A DNA stretch of 64,000 nucleotides from Bugula neritina (Eukaryota; Animalia; Bryozoa), in assembly GCA_964035545.1 (NCBI GenBank), contig OZ037765.1, positions 29,139,504-29,203,503 on the forward strand, read 5' to 3'. A model generated the notes under the pieces. It was not told the DNA's origin, ran no database searches, and saw only the letters and a program-made list of their open reading frames with translations. Position numbers and translations under genes: made by a program. Below, in pieces: positions 1-13,128 of this stretch (positions within the stretch are counted from its first letter, which is position 1; each line of letters begins with the position of its first letter).

Positions 1-1780
1 TCTAGAATAATAATTAATTAATTCACTGAAAATGTCAACTTTTCACAATCTACTAAAACAGCATTATATTTAAATGTATATCAATATAGCCTGTGCACTT
101 AAACAAAACTATATGAAAAATTAACATGGATTTAGAGAAGTATAGTCACTAATGATAGGCCTGCTATTTGGTAATGAAGCCCACTTATGCTCCAAGATAA
201 AGCATATAAATAAAATTAGTGAATTTTAGGCTTTAAAGCACATATGTAGCATGTAATTTCAACCTGGGCTATACTGGGGATAAACATATTTACATACTAA
301 TACAGGCTAATAAAATTAGGCATTTTGATGGCACCTTTATATTATTGACTGTAATAAAAAGACAATTCAAATCTCATTATAAAATTAAATTTAGAAATTA
401 TGCATTGATAGTGATACTCATAGAATAATTATAAGACACTAGTAACTGTAATGAAGTTAAATTACTGTTTAGCATTGGCATTATGATTAATATTACTATG
501 GTGCATGACTGTCCCTATATGCACACTCATAATGTTTAGCAAACGATTAATAAATGTATGGAAAATAGCGTTGTGGCTTAGTGCACTCCATAAGTCATAA
601 CATAATTTTGCAAGTAATTCGAAACATTGATATATTATGAAGTTCTCGAATATAAAGTTACTCGCTGCTCATATGAAAATAGGACATGTGCTCTTTTGTT
701 TACATCTCCTTGACATATAGCCTAAAATATTTTATTTAACCGTCATAACAAAATGTGACGCTATTTAACCAGCTCTCCATTCCGGTGATGTGTTTAGGAA
801 TCACGGCTTAGACTCCATTCTATGAGAGTTCTATAAATAGTTCAAAAACAAAATCTTTTATCAATCGCAATGATTGCTGAATGATTACTCAATCATTCTG
901 TGACAGGTTGCATTCGAGGCTTATGGTTTGGAACTGATTTTTTTATGCGTTGTGTAAATTGTTTTAAAATTTTATTTAGACATATCTGAAATGCATCTTT
1001 TGCATACATTTTAGATAACGATCAAGAGCTACTCAGTCTCACTCTCAGTGAATCTGAATTTCCAATTCAGAGTAAAACTAAATGTAATGCTGATTGCAAA
1101 ATTAAATTTTCAATATCATTATGGTTATTAATATTAAATTATGATTGTTATTATAAAATTAAACACTATTTCATACAATAACAATTCTGATTTGTATTAT
1201 AATTATAATAACTAACTACTACTAGTTTAATTTAAATTATTATTAATAACTAATATTAATAAGTAATAACTAATAAGTAATAACTTTAATAATTATAACA
1301 TTAACTAATAGCTGATAGATATAACAACTAAAACAAAATGAAAATAAAAGTTCACCTTCAACTTTCAGTTTCAATTTTAACTTCAAGTTCGGTTATCAAA
1401 TATGAGATAAGACTTATATAATCATGGATTTCAATGTGAGTCACTGTGAGTGAACTAAATTTAGTCATTAAATTTAATTTATAAGTTATTGTGTAATTTA
1501 ATTTTATATTGCTATACCTATTTATATAGATATTGATTAACTTTAGGTTGAATTTATAGTTTACGCAATAAAATTAAATAGCTGATATAATAAGTTAAAT
1601 TAAATCTTAAACCTCAGATTTACTAGTTTTTCATCAAGAAACTAAAATACTCTTCATTTTATCTTTGTTAAACAAATTCAAACTGCATTCATATATTTAT
1701 TATGTTTGCTATTTTACTAATAGTCTAATATAAAGTTTAATTTGGATTGCTTGCTTCTTTTACAGCTCAATTTTCCCAAT

Positions 1781-4700
1781 ATGGCAGAGTGTACCAGCAA
1801 AGATGAAATTATTCTAGAATGCGATGATTTACATCGAATAATCTTAGAACTGAATGCCTTCACTCCAGGTATGTTTTGTAATTTGTGTGAAACATTAAAA
1901 TTGTAGTACATAAATATGAGATGAAATATAAACATGCCTTTAAACTTTTTAATTTTTTTAAGATACTTAATTTGTATGAAACTGTAGTTCATTGAGGGTT
2001 TCTGTTCAAAAAATTATAATTTATGTTAGTGGATGTTTTATTGAAACTAAATTATAATGGGTAAATATATACTTTAAAACTCCTGTCAATCATCAAACAT
2101 ACTGTTTACTCTTATTAAACTTTTACTGCTGCTAATCAAATCTATGTAATCACTAAGCCACTGAAGAATATGACGAAGCTGTTGAAAAGCTAATTGTGTC
2201 CGGACAATTACTCGACAGATTGCAAAGCTTGCTAATTCTTCCCATTTCTGATAACTCTAAGGGGCATGTGGTGGCTGCCCAACTTCTCGCAGAGTTAGCT
2301 AAAGCAGGTGAGTTGATAGTAAATTAAATACCATTTGACTATGAATTCAACTGTAAATGTTTATAGGTTTATGTATTAGAATAAGTTTAATGCAGTGTTG
2401 CTTGTTTGAAGATTTTGCTTTGTGTAGAATTGTTTTCAGGTTTATGCATCTTATGTTTTTGCTTTACTGAATTTTTGAAGAAAATGTGAGGCTAATTCTC
2501 CAAAAAAGAGGTTTGATACCCATCCTGATACCCCTACTTTCTCACCAGCACCAGGAACTCTGTCTACAAGTGATTAGAGTACTTGGCAATCTTTGCTATG
2601 AACAAGGTTGGTGCTGTATGAACATGTCCGCACATCAGTTGCTTAGTAGAAACTCTGGCTATTACTGTCTAAGTTATCATATGTATCATAATATCAAGAT
2701 TCTTAGGATTTCTTATTATAGAAAAGTATAATTGCAAAACTTTATTGTTGCACCAAGAAATTATCTTGGGTTGCAAACTATCTTGTAGCTACATAAATAA
2801 CAATAAAATATATTCAATATTTTCCATATTTATTATGCAATGATGTAAAGTTATAAATAAAAATGAAGAGAAACTCATTAAAAGTTATTTTCTTGACAAA
2901 TCAAAAGTTTCTAAATTTATTAGTTTGGAATTACTTAAATTAAATTATCCATTATACCAAGTATTCATGATGATTATTCTATACTTAAAATTGCAATGAT
3001 GAAAATTTTTCTGCTACTTTTTGACAGAAAATAACTTGTTAAGTGAGTTTTTTTGCGTTCATACATACATGTAGTAGTGGAATCGTTTGCTCTCCAGATA
3101 TCTGCAGAGAAGAGATTGCAGAGTGTGGTGGTGTGCAGAAAATGGATGAACTTCTCAAGTTGTTCCTCACTCATTCCACGTCCTCACTTGATATAAAGAC
3201 TCTCTCCTGTGCATTCCTTCATAACCTTCTCAATGGAAATGGTTGGTGCCGGTTGAAATTGTAATTTTGACTTTGCTAAAAAAACTTTGACAACTGTGTG
3301 TCTGGAATACATTGGCACAGCCACACTTTGTAGATGTCTCAAGAAATGTTTGAAATTCTGACTGACCTTTAATATTACTAAATTTTCTTTTGAAATATAG
3401 CGTAAATAACCATCGAGTTTTTATTTAAGATGTTTATTATGCATTTTTATACATGTTGAATTGTTTTTATCATGTTCTTGTAGAAGTGTGTGTTAAAGCT
3501 GTTTTAAAAACTAGCATAGTGGACTCGTTGAGAGACCTGCTAGAGAACCACGCCACCGTCAGTCCGCGCATTGCCTACTTTTGTGTTATGATATTGACTA
3601 GTATTGCAGAAATAGGTAGGTTTGTCATGATTATGCAGGTTTTTTTAAATTTAAATGGCAAAATATTATGTTAAACACAGATTGCGTAAAAATAATCTCA
3701 CCATATGCAAAACTACAATAAATTAATTTAAAGAAAATAAATTTTATTTTCCTGTTGAGATGGTATAAAAGTTCTATGGCGTAAGTCTTATGCAAATTGT
3801 TTTTGCCAATAATTTGAATGTTGCATCAGTTTTTATCATTCTACAGAAGGAGGAAGGGAGATGCTGTACAAATCATGTATACCGGCTGTTCTAGTGAAAG
3901 TTCTTATCAATGCACCAGTAAGACCTGTAGATGACACCAAAGAGGGGGTTTTTGGTCTGCTGTCTACTCTCACAGCTGACTCTGGTAACATAGCTTTGTA
4001 CTTTGAACTTTCTGTGTTTTGTTGTTATTTAAATAAGAAATATGAGATATGGAAGTTTAATTAAGAATTGCATTGTTGACTTCAATTATGCAATAGTTAG
4101 TACTATAGTCTCTTTCAATTATTTTATACATACAAATTTATTTTTATATAGCTTGTATCTTGCCAAAAAAGTTGAGTGATATGTAATGGAAATGGCAGCC
4201 TTTATTATTGAATTTGAAATATAAAACCTTTTGTGCACATTGTATTGGTTTAGTGAGGGAATTTACCCTAACCTATCATTATAGTGGTATGTGAATAACA
4301 TCATCATATGAAAGAGGGCAGGCAGCATATTAATATTTCTATGTATTATTAAAAATCATCCCATGTAGCTGACAATAGACTAATCTTGGGGCCTAAATTT
4401 TTTTAACCAAGTATACTACTGGTTTATAAAACATATTTGATACAAACTTGTTGCTTCTGTCTTCGCCTCGCAGCCACCTCTACTTCTGTATAGAGTACTT
4501 GGTAGCGATTGTGATGTATTTGTGCTGCACTTGCAGATGAGGTGAAAGTAATGCTAGCAGAATCTACTATAGACATGTACCTTCTTAGAATCATCAGCAC
4601 CCTCAGCCCTAGTGAAGAGGAAGACGAGATTGAACTGGTCAAGTTAGCCTCAGAGCTTATTGTTCTAGTCCTTACCGGAGGTATGCATTCCCCTCGTGTC

Positions 4701-7700
4701 TATTATGTATATCTGCTTACATAGGTTATATCGAAATTGAGAAAAAATTGCTAGTTGGCTGTCAATAAATTTTAGCTAAATTTTCACTTGCCATTGGCAA
4801 TTAATTGACCAGGTGGTACGGCTGCTAGCAACATCCTATTCATAAATCTTACTCGATATAATTTGATCTTTACATATTTACTAAAAAATTAATCTTCTAT
4901 TGCTTCTATTTCCTTTCTTTTTCTTGACAAAACAATCTTTTTGTTTAAAATTTTTTTAGAAGTTATTTAATGGTAACCAAAATTGCAAATAAATAAGGCT
5001 TTCTAGACAAGTTGTAATAACAATCCATGCCAATGTATTTACTCTAAAACATTAAACTCAAAAAAGAAAAAAACTGCCTCATAAGTCCTTGGTTTTCTCA
5101 CCTTGCTATGATTTGCTTAAAACTACTCTTGAAAAAAGAATAGTTTAGCCTTGCAGCTTAATGCTCAGCTCACACAGATGTGCCTGAGATATTGTGATGA
5201 TGTCTACTAGATGATGCCATGAAGATCTGGTTTGATGGTGGAGATGGACTGGTGTTCACCTCTGTCAGCGAGTGGTTACAGAGTAGTAATGGACAGCTCT
5301 TGCAGTCTGCTGCCTTTGCTCTCGGCAACTTTGCCAGAGATGGTGAGTTGAGAGCAGTTATTCTGAGTGAATATATTTAGTGTTTGGACATGGTTATGAG
5401 TTTTATATTGTGTTGTATGTATACTGTGCTGTATGTATACTGTGCTGTATGTATATTGTGTTGTACGTATACTGTGTTGTATGTATATTGTGCTGTATGT
5501 ATACTGTGTTGTATGTATATTGTGTTGTATGTATACTGTGTTGTATGTATATTGTGCTGTATGTATATTGTGTTGTATGTATATTGTGTTGTATGTATAT
5601 TGCGTTGTATGTATACTGTGTTGTATGTATACTGTGTTGTATGTATATTGTGCTGTATGTATATTGTGTTGTATGTATACTGTGCTGTATGTTTATTGTG
5701 TTGTATGTATACTGTGCTGTATGTATATTGTGTTGTATGTATATTGTGCTGTATGTATGTTGTGTTGTATGTATACTGTGTTGTATGTATATTGTGCTGT
5801 ATGTATATTGTGCTGTATGTATATTGTGTTGTATGTATACTGTGTTGTATGTATACTGTGTTGTATGTATATTGTGTTGTATGTATACTGTGTTGTATGT
5901 ATATTGTGCTGTATGTATATTGTGTTGTATGTATATTGTGTTGTATGTATATTGCGTTGTATGTATACTGTGTTGTATGTATACTGTGTTGTATGTATAT
6001 TGTGCTGTATGTATATTGTGTTGTATGTATACTGTGCTGTATGTTTATTGTGTTGTATGTATACTGTGCTGTATGTATATTGTGTTGTATGTATATTGTG
6101 CTGTATGTATGTTGTGTTGTATGTATACTGTGTTGTATGTATACTGTGTTGTATGTATATTGTGCTGTATGTATATTGTGCTGTATATATATTGTGCTGT
6201 ATGTATACTGTGTTGTATGTATACTGTGTTGTATGTATATTGTGCTGTATGTATATTGTGTTGTATGTATACTGTGTTGTATGTATACTGTGTTGTATGT
6301 ATACTGTGTTGTATGTATATTGTGCTGTATGTATACTGTGTTGTATGTATACTGTGCTGTATGTATACTGTGTTGTATGTATATTGTGCTGTATGTATAC
6401 TGTGTTGTATGTATATTGTGTTGTATGTATATTGTGTTGTATGTCTATTGTGTTGTATGTATATTGTGTTGTATGTATATTGTGTTGTATGTATATTGTG
6501 TTGTATGTATATTGTGTTGTATGTATACTGTGTTGTATGTATATTGTGCTGTATGTATATTGTGTTGTATGTATACTGTGTTGTATGTATACTGTGTTGT
6601 ATGTATACTGTGTTGTATGTATATTGTGCTGTATGTATACTGTGTTGTATGTATATTGTGTTGTATGTATATTGTGCTGTATGTATATTGTGTTGTATGT
6701 ATACTGTGCTGTATGTTTATTGTGTTGTATGTATACTGTGCTGTATGTATATTGTGTTGTATGTATATTGTGCTGTATGTATGTTGTGTTGTATGTATAC
6801 TGTGTTGTATGTATACTGTGTTGTATGTATACTGTGTTGTATGTATATTGTGCTGTATGTATACTGTGTTGTATGTATACTGTGCTGTATGTATACTGTG
6901 TTGTATGTATATTGTGCTGTATGTATACTGTGTTGTATGTATATTGTGTTGTATGTATATTGTGTTGTATGTCTATTGTGTTGTATGTATATTGTGTTGT
7001 ATGTATATTGTGTTGTATGTATATTGTGTTGTATGTATATTGTGTTGTATGTATACTGTGTTGTATGTATATTGTGCTGTATGTATATTGTGTTGTATGT
7101 ATACTGTGTTGTATGTATACTGTGTTGTATGTATACTGTGTTGTATGTATATTGTGCTGTATGTATACTGTGTTGTATGTATATTGTGCTGTATGTATAT
7201 TGTGCTGTATGTATATTGTGCTGTATGTATACTGTGTTGTATGTATATTGTGTTGTATGTATATTGTGTTGTATGTCTATTGTGTTGTATGTATATTGTG
7301 TTGTATGTATATTGTGTTGTATGTATATTGTGTTGTATGTATATTGTGTTGTATGTATACTGTGTTGTATGTATATTGTGCTGTATGTATATTGTGTTGT
7401 ATGTATACTGTGTTGTATGTATACTGTGTTGTATGTATACTGTGTTGTATGTATATTGTGCTGTATGTATACTGTGTTGTATGTATATTGTGCTGTATGT
7501 ATATTGTGTTGTATGTATACTGTGCTGTATGTATACTGTGTTGTATGTATATTGTGTTGTATGTATACTGTGTTGTCTGTATATTGCAGATAGAAACAGT
7601 CTCATCATTATACAAAGGGGGATCAGCTCAGCCCTATGCAAGTGTCTAGACCAGTTACATGACTTCTGCAGTGATAATCGCACGGCTCCCACTATACACG

Positions 7701-10589
7701 CCCTACTCAGTGCTCTTAGAAACCTAGCTATAGCCCGTATGTCTAACTCTTGATAACTCAGTCAGTGTTTGCCCTGTATAACATGATGAATAGCATCAAA
7801 TACCTTGTTCCTTGTTTTAAAATTTGAGAAATAATATTTATGTTATCATCTGTTTTATTTTTTGTTACTTTAGCAGGCTATCTTCAAATGAGAGCCCAGC
7901 AAGAAAGTTTTGAAGCATGTTTTTGTTGTTTGTATTTGCTGTAATTGAACTGCTGTTAAATTATGATAGTTATATTGAATACTCTCCTTTCCAGCTAGCA
8001 ACAAGCAGCAACTGCTGGAACAAGGTATACTGAAGCATCTGCTGCCCTACATAGACTGTGAGAATAGTATAGTGACCAGCAAACTAGTCGGGGCTATTCG
8101 ACTTCTTATCGACGGCCGTCGTAAGTTGTAAAATGTTAAATATTTAAGCAACTATAAATTAGGAGTTATCTGTCTATTTCTAATTCTTTAACTTCTTTGC
8201 TAATTGCTTTCATTTGAAGTATAACTAGACTGTTTAGATTTTTATTGTCTTGTTTATTGAACATGCTTCGCGTATGTTTACAATAATGTTTATAATCTAG
8301 CTATATATATATTATCACAATAAACAGCAGTTATGTGAAAAAGGCAGGGCAGGCCAAAGTTTTATTAAGTGCATAAATTTTATACTGAAAAAATCTTTTA
8401 ATTCATCAAAATTATGTTTCAGTACAGCAAGAGATGGATGGAAAAAATTGATTTTGAGTCTTATACATTTTTCTTTAGCTTTTTGTAAAATGATTTTAGT
8501 AGTTATAATATGGTTATAATATGCCATTAAACCCCTGCGGTGTCTTGTAGTAGAATTGTGTGCCAAATAGAAAATCTGTTGGTTGCTGAAATGCTGCGAA
8601 TAGTCAGAAAATGAAGAATGTATATATTTAATCAAAAGTCATTGAAATAAAGAGAAAAAATATTTTCGGAACTGTGTATATACAGTTTATATAAGAAAGT
8701 AGCTTAGGCCCTACATATAAATAATATTGTTATGGAGGTATATTCGGTTGTCATTATTGGTTGTAATTAATATAATATGAACAATTACAGCATTATTGGC
8801 GCAATAAAATTAGCAAATGAATTCCAGCCTCCCTCCAACCAACCTTGCTTTGTGCCTTGCATTAGGCCTTAACATCAAAGTATTAGAATTTATATTACTT
8901 TGCAATTTAATATACACAATATGTTGTATGTATTAACATACAGTAATTCATAGGGGGGGTTGTCTGATCATATTGATACTGATTTTAGCTGTGGAGGCAA
9001 GTTATGTTGGTGAGATGGAGATAGTGATAGAGAAATTGGTATTCCATGGTGACAATGAAGCTAACATGCTGTTGAAAGGTAACACCATCCAAATGAAACT
9101 TTTGAGACAAAATGATATTAATAAACTGTGAAGAGAAATTCTAGTAAACGTTATTCTGTCATACTGTACCATGTTTTAAGTATGTTAAAAATTGATTTAT
9201 AGTTTAGCTGACTTCATCACAAGTGATGACCCAAATTCAAAGAAATAGGTAAAAGGTCAGACTATGACACAATAACACTGTGACTGACTGAGAAACTTTA
9301 TACTGTCCAAATAACTGGTATAGTTATTTGACCGTTTGGTGCTAAGTTTTAGACAGAGTTTTTTGAAATGACTTGTATTGAGGGACTCTTGGCGAGTCCC
9401 CCCTCTAGAATTGTAGAGTGGTCACTTCACTGCTTGTAGGAGAAGCTACCAGATGTTTAGCCTGGATAATAAAGAACAGCAGGCAGAAGAAGGTGCTGCA
9501 GAATATCATTAAACACAATGCATTCAGACACCTGGTGTTCCTTGTCAACTCAGAACATGTCATCATGCAAAATGAAGGACTGATTGGCATAGTGCTGTTA
9601 GTCACTACATTACCAGGTGATATGTTGTTCTAGTAGTGATGATAAAACATACTTGAGTTAGTACTTTTAGGAGTTTACTTCTCTTGAACACACGAAGTCT
9701 TGAAGTATGAAAGAAAAACAAATATCAGATGTCTTGCTTAAATCCTGTCTGCTTTAAGATTTTATGTGTTGAGGGAAGGCATCTACTCCAACCACTAATT
9801 TATGTATTATAATTATTATGATTTGTGGTAGCTTATTAATCGCTAATAGCTGTATTTCTCACTCAAGTCTACACTGTAATACTTGAACCAAATTTTAGGA
9901 GCTGATGACTCCACAATTTTACTACCTCTACTCACAGTTTTAGTCAATTGCCGTCTATTGCCTGTAATTTTATTTTATATTACTGTATTACAGCATATAA
10001 TCTGTATTATGATATACCAGTGGCATATTACATATATATTACTGTATTACAACGTATATGTATTGTGACATACTAAAAACTTTCGTATAAATTGATTTGT
10101 AGAAGAAACGAGAAAAGCATCATTAGAGCATAAATTGCCCCAAGTTCTTACAGATTTACTAAATAAAGAAGAACCACCCGCTAAAGAAACTCTTCTCAAC
10201 ACACTAACATTGCTTATGGAACTCATCAACATTGGTATGCATTGCATTCTTACAGCTTACTGTTTTATCTCTCTGATTAGTGTATCCTGCTGTCAGCAGC
10301 ATTACTCAATCCACCGATTCCTTCTCTTCTCTATATCTTCGTTATTACAAAACTGTAACTGTTAGTTGCGTCAACTATAAACGAAACATAAGGCGTTCAG
10401 CCTTGTTGGTGAATAAATATTTTACCTGCAGACTATTCGTATTTACTTGCAGGTATGCTAGATGAACTGGTAGAAAGCAATGCAGAAGCAGCTCTGGTCA
10501 GTTTAGGTAATAAGATAGTAGCGGAGCAAGACCAAGGGGAGAAAATTACTGAACTTATAAATGCTGTTAAAAGCTCATTGCATTTATGA
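1781..10589 (+). CDS. RAP1GDS1: Rap1 GTPase-GDP dissociation stimulator 1 (SmgGDS), ARM-repeat protein, multi-exon
   Basis: Phase-compatible GT-AG exons include 1781-1868, 2158-2307 (AAQLLAELAKA), 2481-2606 (QVIRVLGNLCYE), 3098-3241, ~4537-4680 (LASELIVLVLTG), 5211-5342 (AAFALGNFARD), 7590-7736 (HALLSALRNLAI), ~9440-9616 (GEATRCLAWIIK..LVNSEHVIMQNEGL) and a last exon ending TGA at 10589. These motifs match SmgGDS as recalled. Confidence 0.88.
5404..7586. repeat. 16-bp minisatellite (TGTGYTGTATGTATAY)n, about 136 copies, filling a RAP1GDS1 intron
   Basis: Unit read directly; the 16-aa periodicity in all three + frames equals 3x16 nt; lies between donor 5343 and acceptor 7589. Confidence 0.97.
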
Positions 10590-11367
10590 TGTGCTGTTAT
10601 GACATAGCAAGACGTTATTAGAGTATATATAGCAGCTAGTGTAAATGGTGCTAAAGGATGTGTCTCTCAGTCTACTAAGTGACATAGAAAGCTGAATGTT
10701 TGATGTTGACACACATATATCTTACCTATGGATTTAGTTTATTGAGATTTTATATACTAGTTGGAAGAATATCTATTCTGAGTGGCAGAATACTTGCCTT
10801 TTATTGGGACTTGGAAAAACTTTTTACTTCCAATCCATTGTTGTATGTCAGCTGTTGTTTACATGTTTATAAATACTGAACAAGTTTACAGCTTTTCTAT
10901 GATTTGATGTAAAGTGTATAAATCTGAACACAGTTTTTATTTAATTTAATTTAATGTTTTGCTTTACACAAACTAATATCTATATTTCACTGAAACACAG
11001 ACTTGCTTTGTACTGTTTCTGTATTGTATTATACTACTGATACATAATGCAAGCTACAGGTTGCCTGTAGGTGATTAAAACTCTAAATTACTCCCTAGTG
11101 AATACTTCTTGATTTTTGTTAGCTGAAATGTTGAACTACATAATCATGCATAAAACAAGCCATGTTAGTGAAACTGCTTATTTATAGCTAATGAAATGTT
11201 TTTACTGACTTTTTAAATAAAATTAAGATGATTTTTGAGTCAACACTAATTTGTATTGCTAATACAACTATGGAATTGTTTTAAACACTTTATTATATGA
11301 AATATGTTGAAATAAAAAGAGTAATATTTTCTCTGATGAATTGTTTAGTCATTTTGTTAGTATATTT

Positions 11368-11369
<2 letters not shown>

Positions 11370-11438
<69 letters not shown>
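11370..11438. repeat. (TA)n microsatellite
   Basis: Read directly. Confidence 0.98.
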
Positions 11439-11446
<8 letters not shown>

Positions 11447-12838
11447 TTGTGACCAATTTGCAGAGTAATTTCTTATATAATAATGGCTTTTCTTAAAACA
11501 TACTAAATCTAGTTTGTAAATGTGCAAATTCTCATCTGCTATTATGGTATAAAGTGTAATTAAGCTTATGTATATATAGATGTAGATTTGTGTAGCTGGT
11601 CACAGAATACAGTGATGCTTAGCAATGCTCTCATTTAACTGCTAACTTTTCATTGCATGTGAAACTTGCACCAAAAAGTAATTAAACGTATTGATTCAGG
11701 AACTCAGCTTTAATTAAAGTTTACAGACAAATACAATTTATCGGACATTTATAATAGTATTCAGAATAAAATCATTGATAACCAATATATTTTATTTTAC
11801 TGAGTATTATATTTGTTTAAATAGGCACTTGCACTCGATAAAGGTTAAGGTGTATTGTTTACTAGATTTCTTGTAATAATACGAACCTACTCTATCTTTT
11901 GTGCTATCGTTACATAGGAGCTGTTATTATTATTGGCTATGCAATAATTATAAGTTCATACTGAAGTGTTTGCTTGCATAGTTACCATTGAAAAGCTAAG
12001 GGCCGAGATAGCATATTCATAACTTAAACTAGTACTCAGTCATAGAAACCTTTTACTTACAGTATGCTGGTTTGTCTTACCTAACCATAAAAGGTAAGTT
12101 CTGACATACATTACAAATTTGAAATTTCATACTAACTTGTAGTTTTTAATATATTTGTATTATGAAGCTAAAACTGATACTTTAATAAAATTTATACAGA
12201 TCAAAATATTATATAACAAAGTAAAAAAAATGAAGCTTGCAGCTTTCTAAGCTATTTTTATGGCATTTCACTGATTTGTGACATGTAAAAACAATTAATT
12301 AAACCAATACAAACTTAGGTTAAAGTAGCAAAAATATATTAACAATCACTAGATTTTGAGTTACAATATTATAACTTACAAAACTATATCTAAATTATGT
12401 ATAAACTCATATATTTCAAAAACATGCTATATTAATGTTTAGGGTGTTGAAAAAACGCCTGAGCCGATATAAACCGTTAATCTGTATATAGACATTCAAT
12501 ATTTTCAGCTTGTCTGTAAACATAGCTATTTGCATTAAATGATCAAATAACAGCTTTAGTATACAAACTCAAGTTAGCTGATATAATTTATTGATGGCTG
12601 TATAGATCTGAGAATGGTTAGCAGTATAGTCTGTATATTTAAGTGATTATTGTTTCATGCATTTGAAATGGGCTGATACATATTGTTATGTGCTCATTAC
12701 AATCATTTGCAAAACTAAAGTTCCTTTCCGTAAGAAAACCTCTAGCAAAAATTATGCTATATAATGTTTTCTGTCAAAAACTTTAACATAAAATTAAATG
12801 TGATATTGTATATTGTCCAAAGTTACTATAATTAATAT

Positions 12839-13064
12839 TGTGCGTGTGTGAGTGTGTGAGTGTGTGAGTGTGTGAGTGTGTGAGTGTGTGTGTGTGTGTG
12901 AGTGTGTGAGTGTGTGAGTGTGTGAGTGTGTGAGTGTGTGAGTGTGTGAGTGTGTGAGTGTGTGAGTGTGTGAGTGTGTGAGTGTGTGAGTGTGTGAGTG
13001 TGTGAGTGTGTGAGTGTGTGAGTGTGTGAGTGTGTGAATGTGTGAGTGTGTGTGTGTGTGTGTG
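12839..13064. repeat. (GTGTGA)n/(GT)n microsatellite
   Basis: Read directly. Confidence 0.97.
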
Positions 13065-13128
13065 TTAGGTTAGTGCTTACCAGACACCATGTTACTAATG
13101 GGCTGATGGCTGTTATACTACCAGAACA

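Noticed and set aside
5404-7586. CRISPR-like array
   Set aside because: Head-to-tail units with no unique spacers, no cas genes, and a eukaryotic context.
5380-7753. 737-789 aa Cys/Val/Tyr-rich ORFs in three + frames and His/Thr/Gln ORFs on the - strand
   Set aside because: They result from a stop-free 16-bp repeat inside a RAP1GDS1 intron. Intron retention would be in frame but meets TAG at 5378-5380.
9382-9408. GGGACTC/GAGTCCC hairpin followed by CTAG (Helitron-like 3' end)
   Set aside because: Short spacing, followed by A rather than T, and no 5' end identified.
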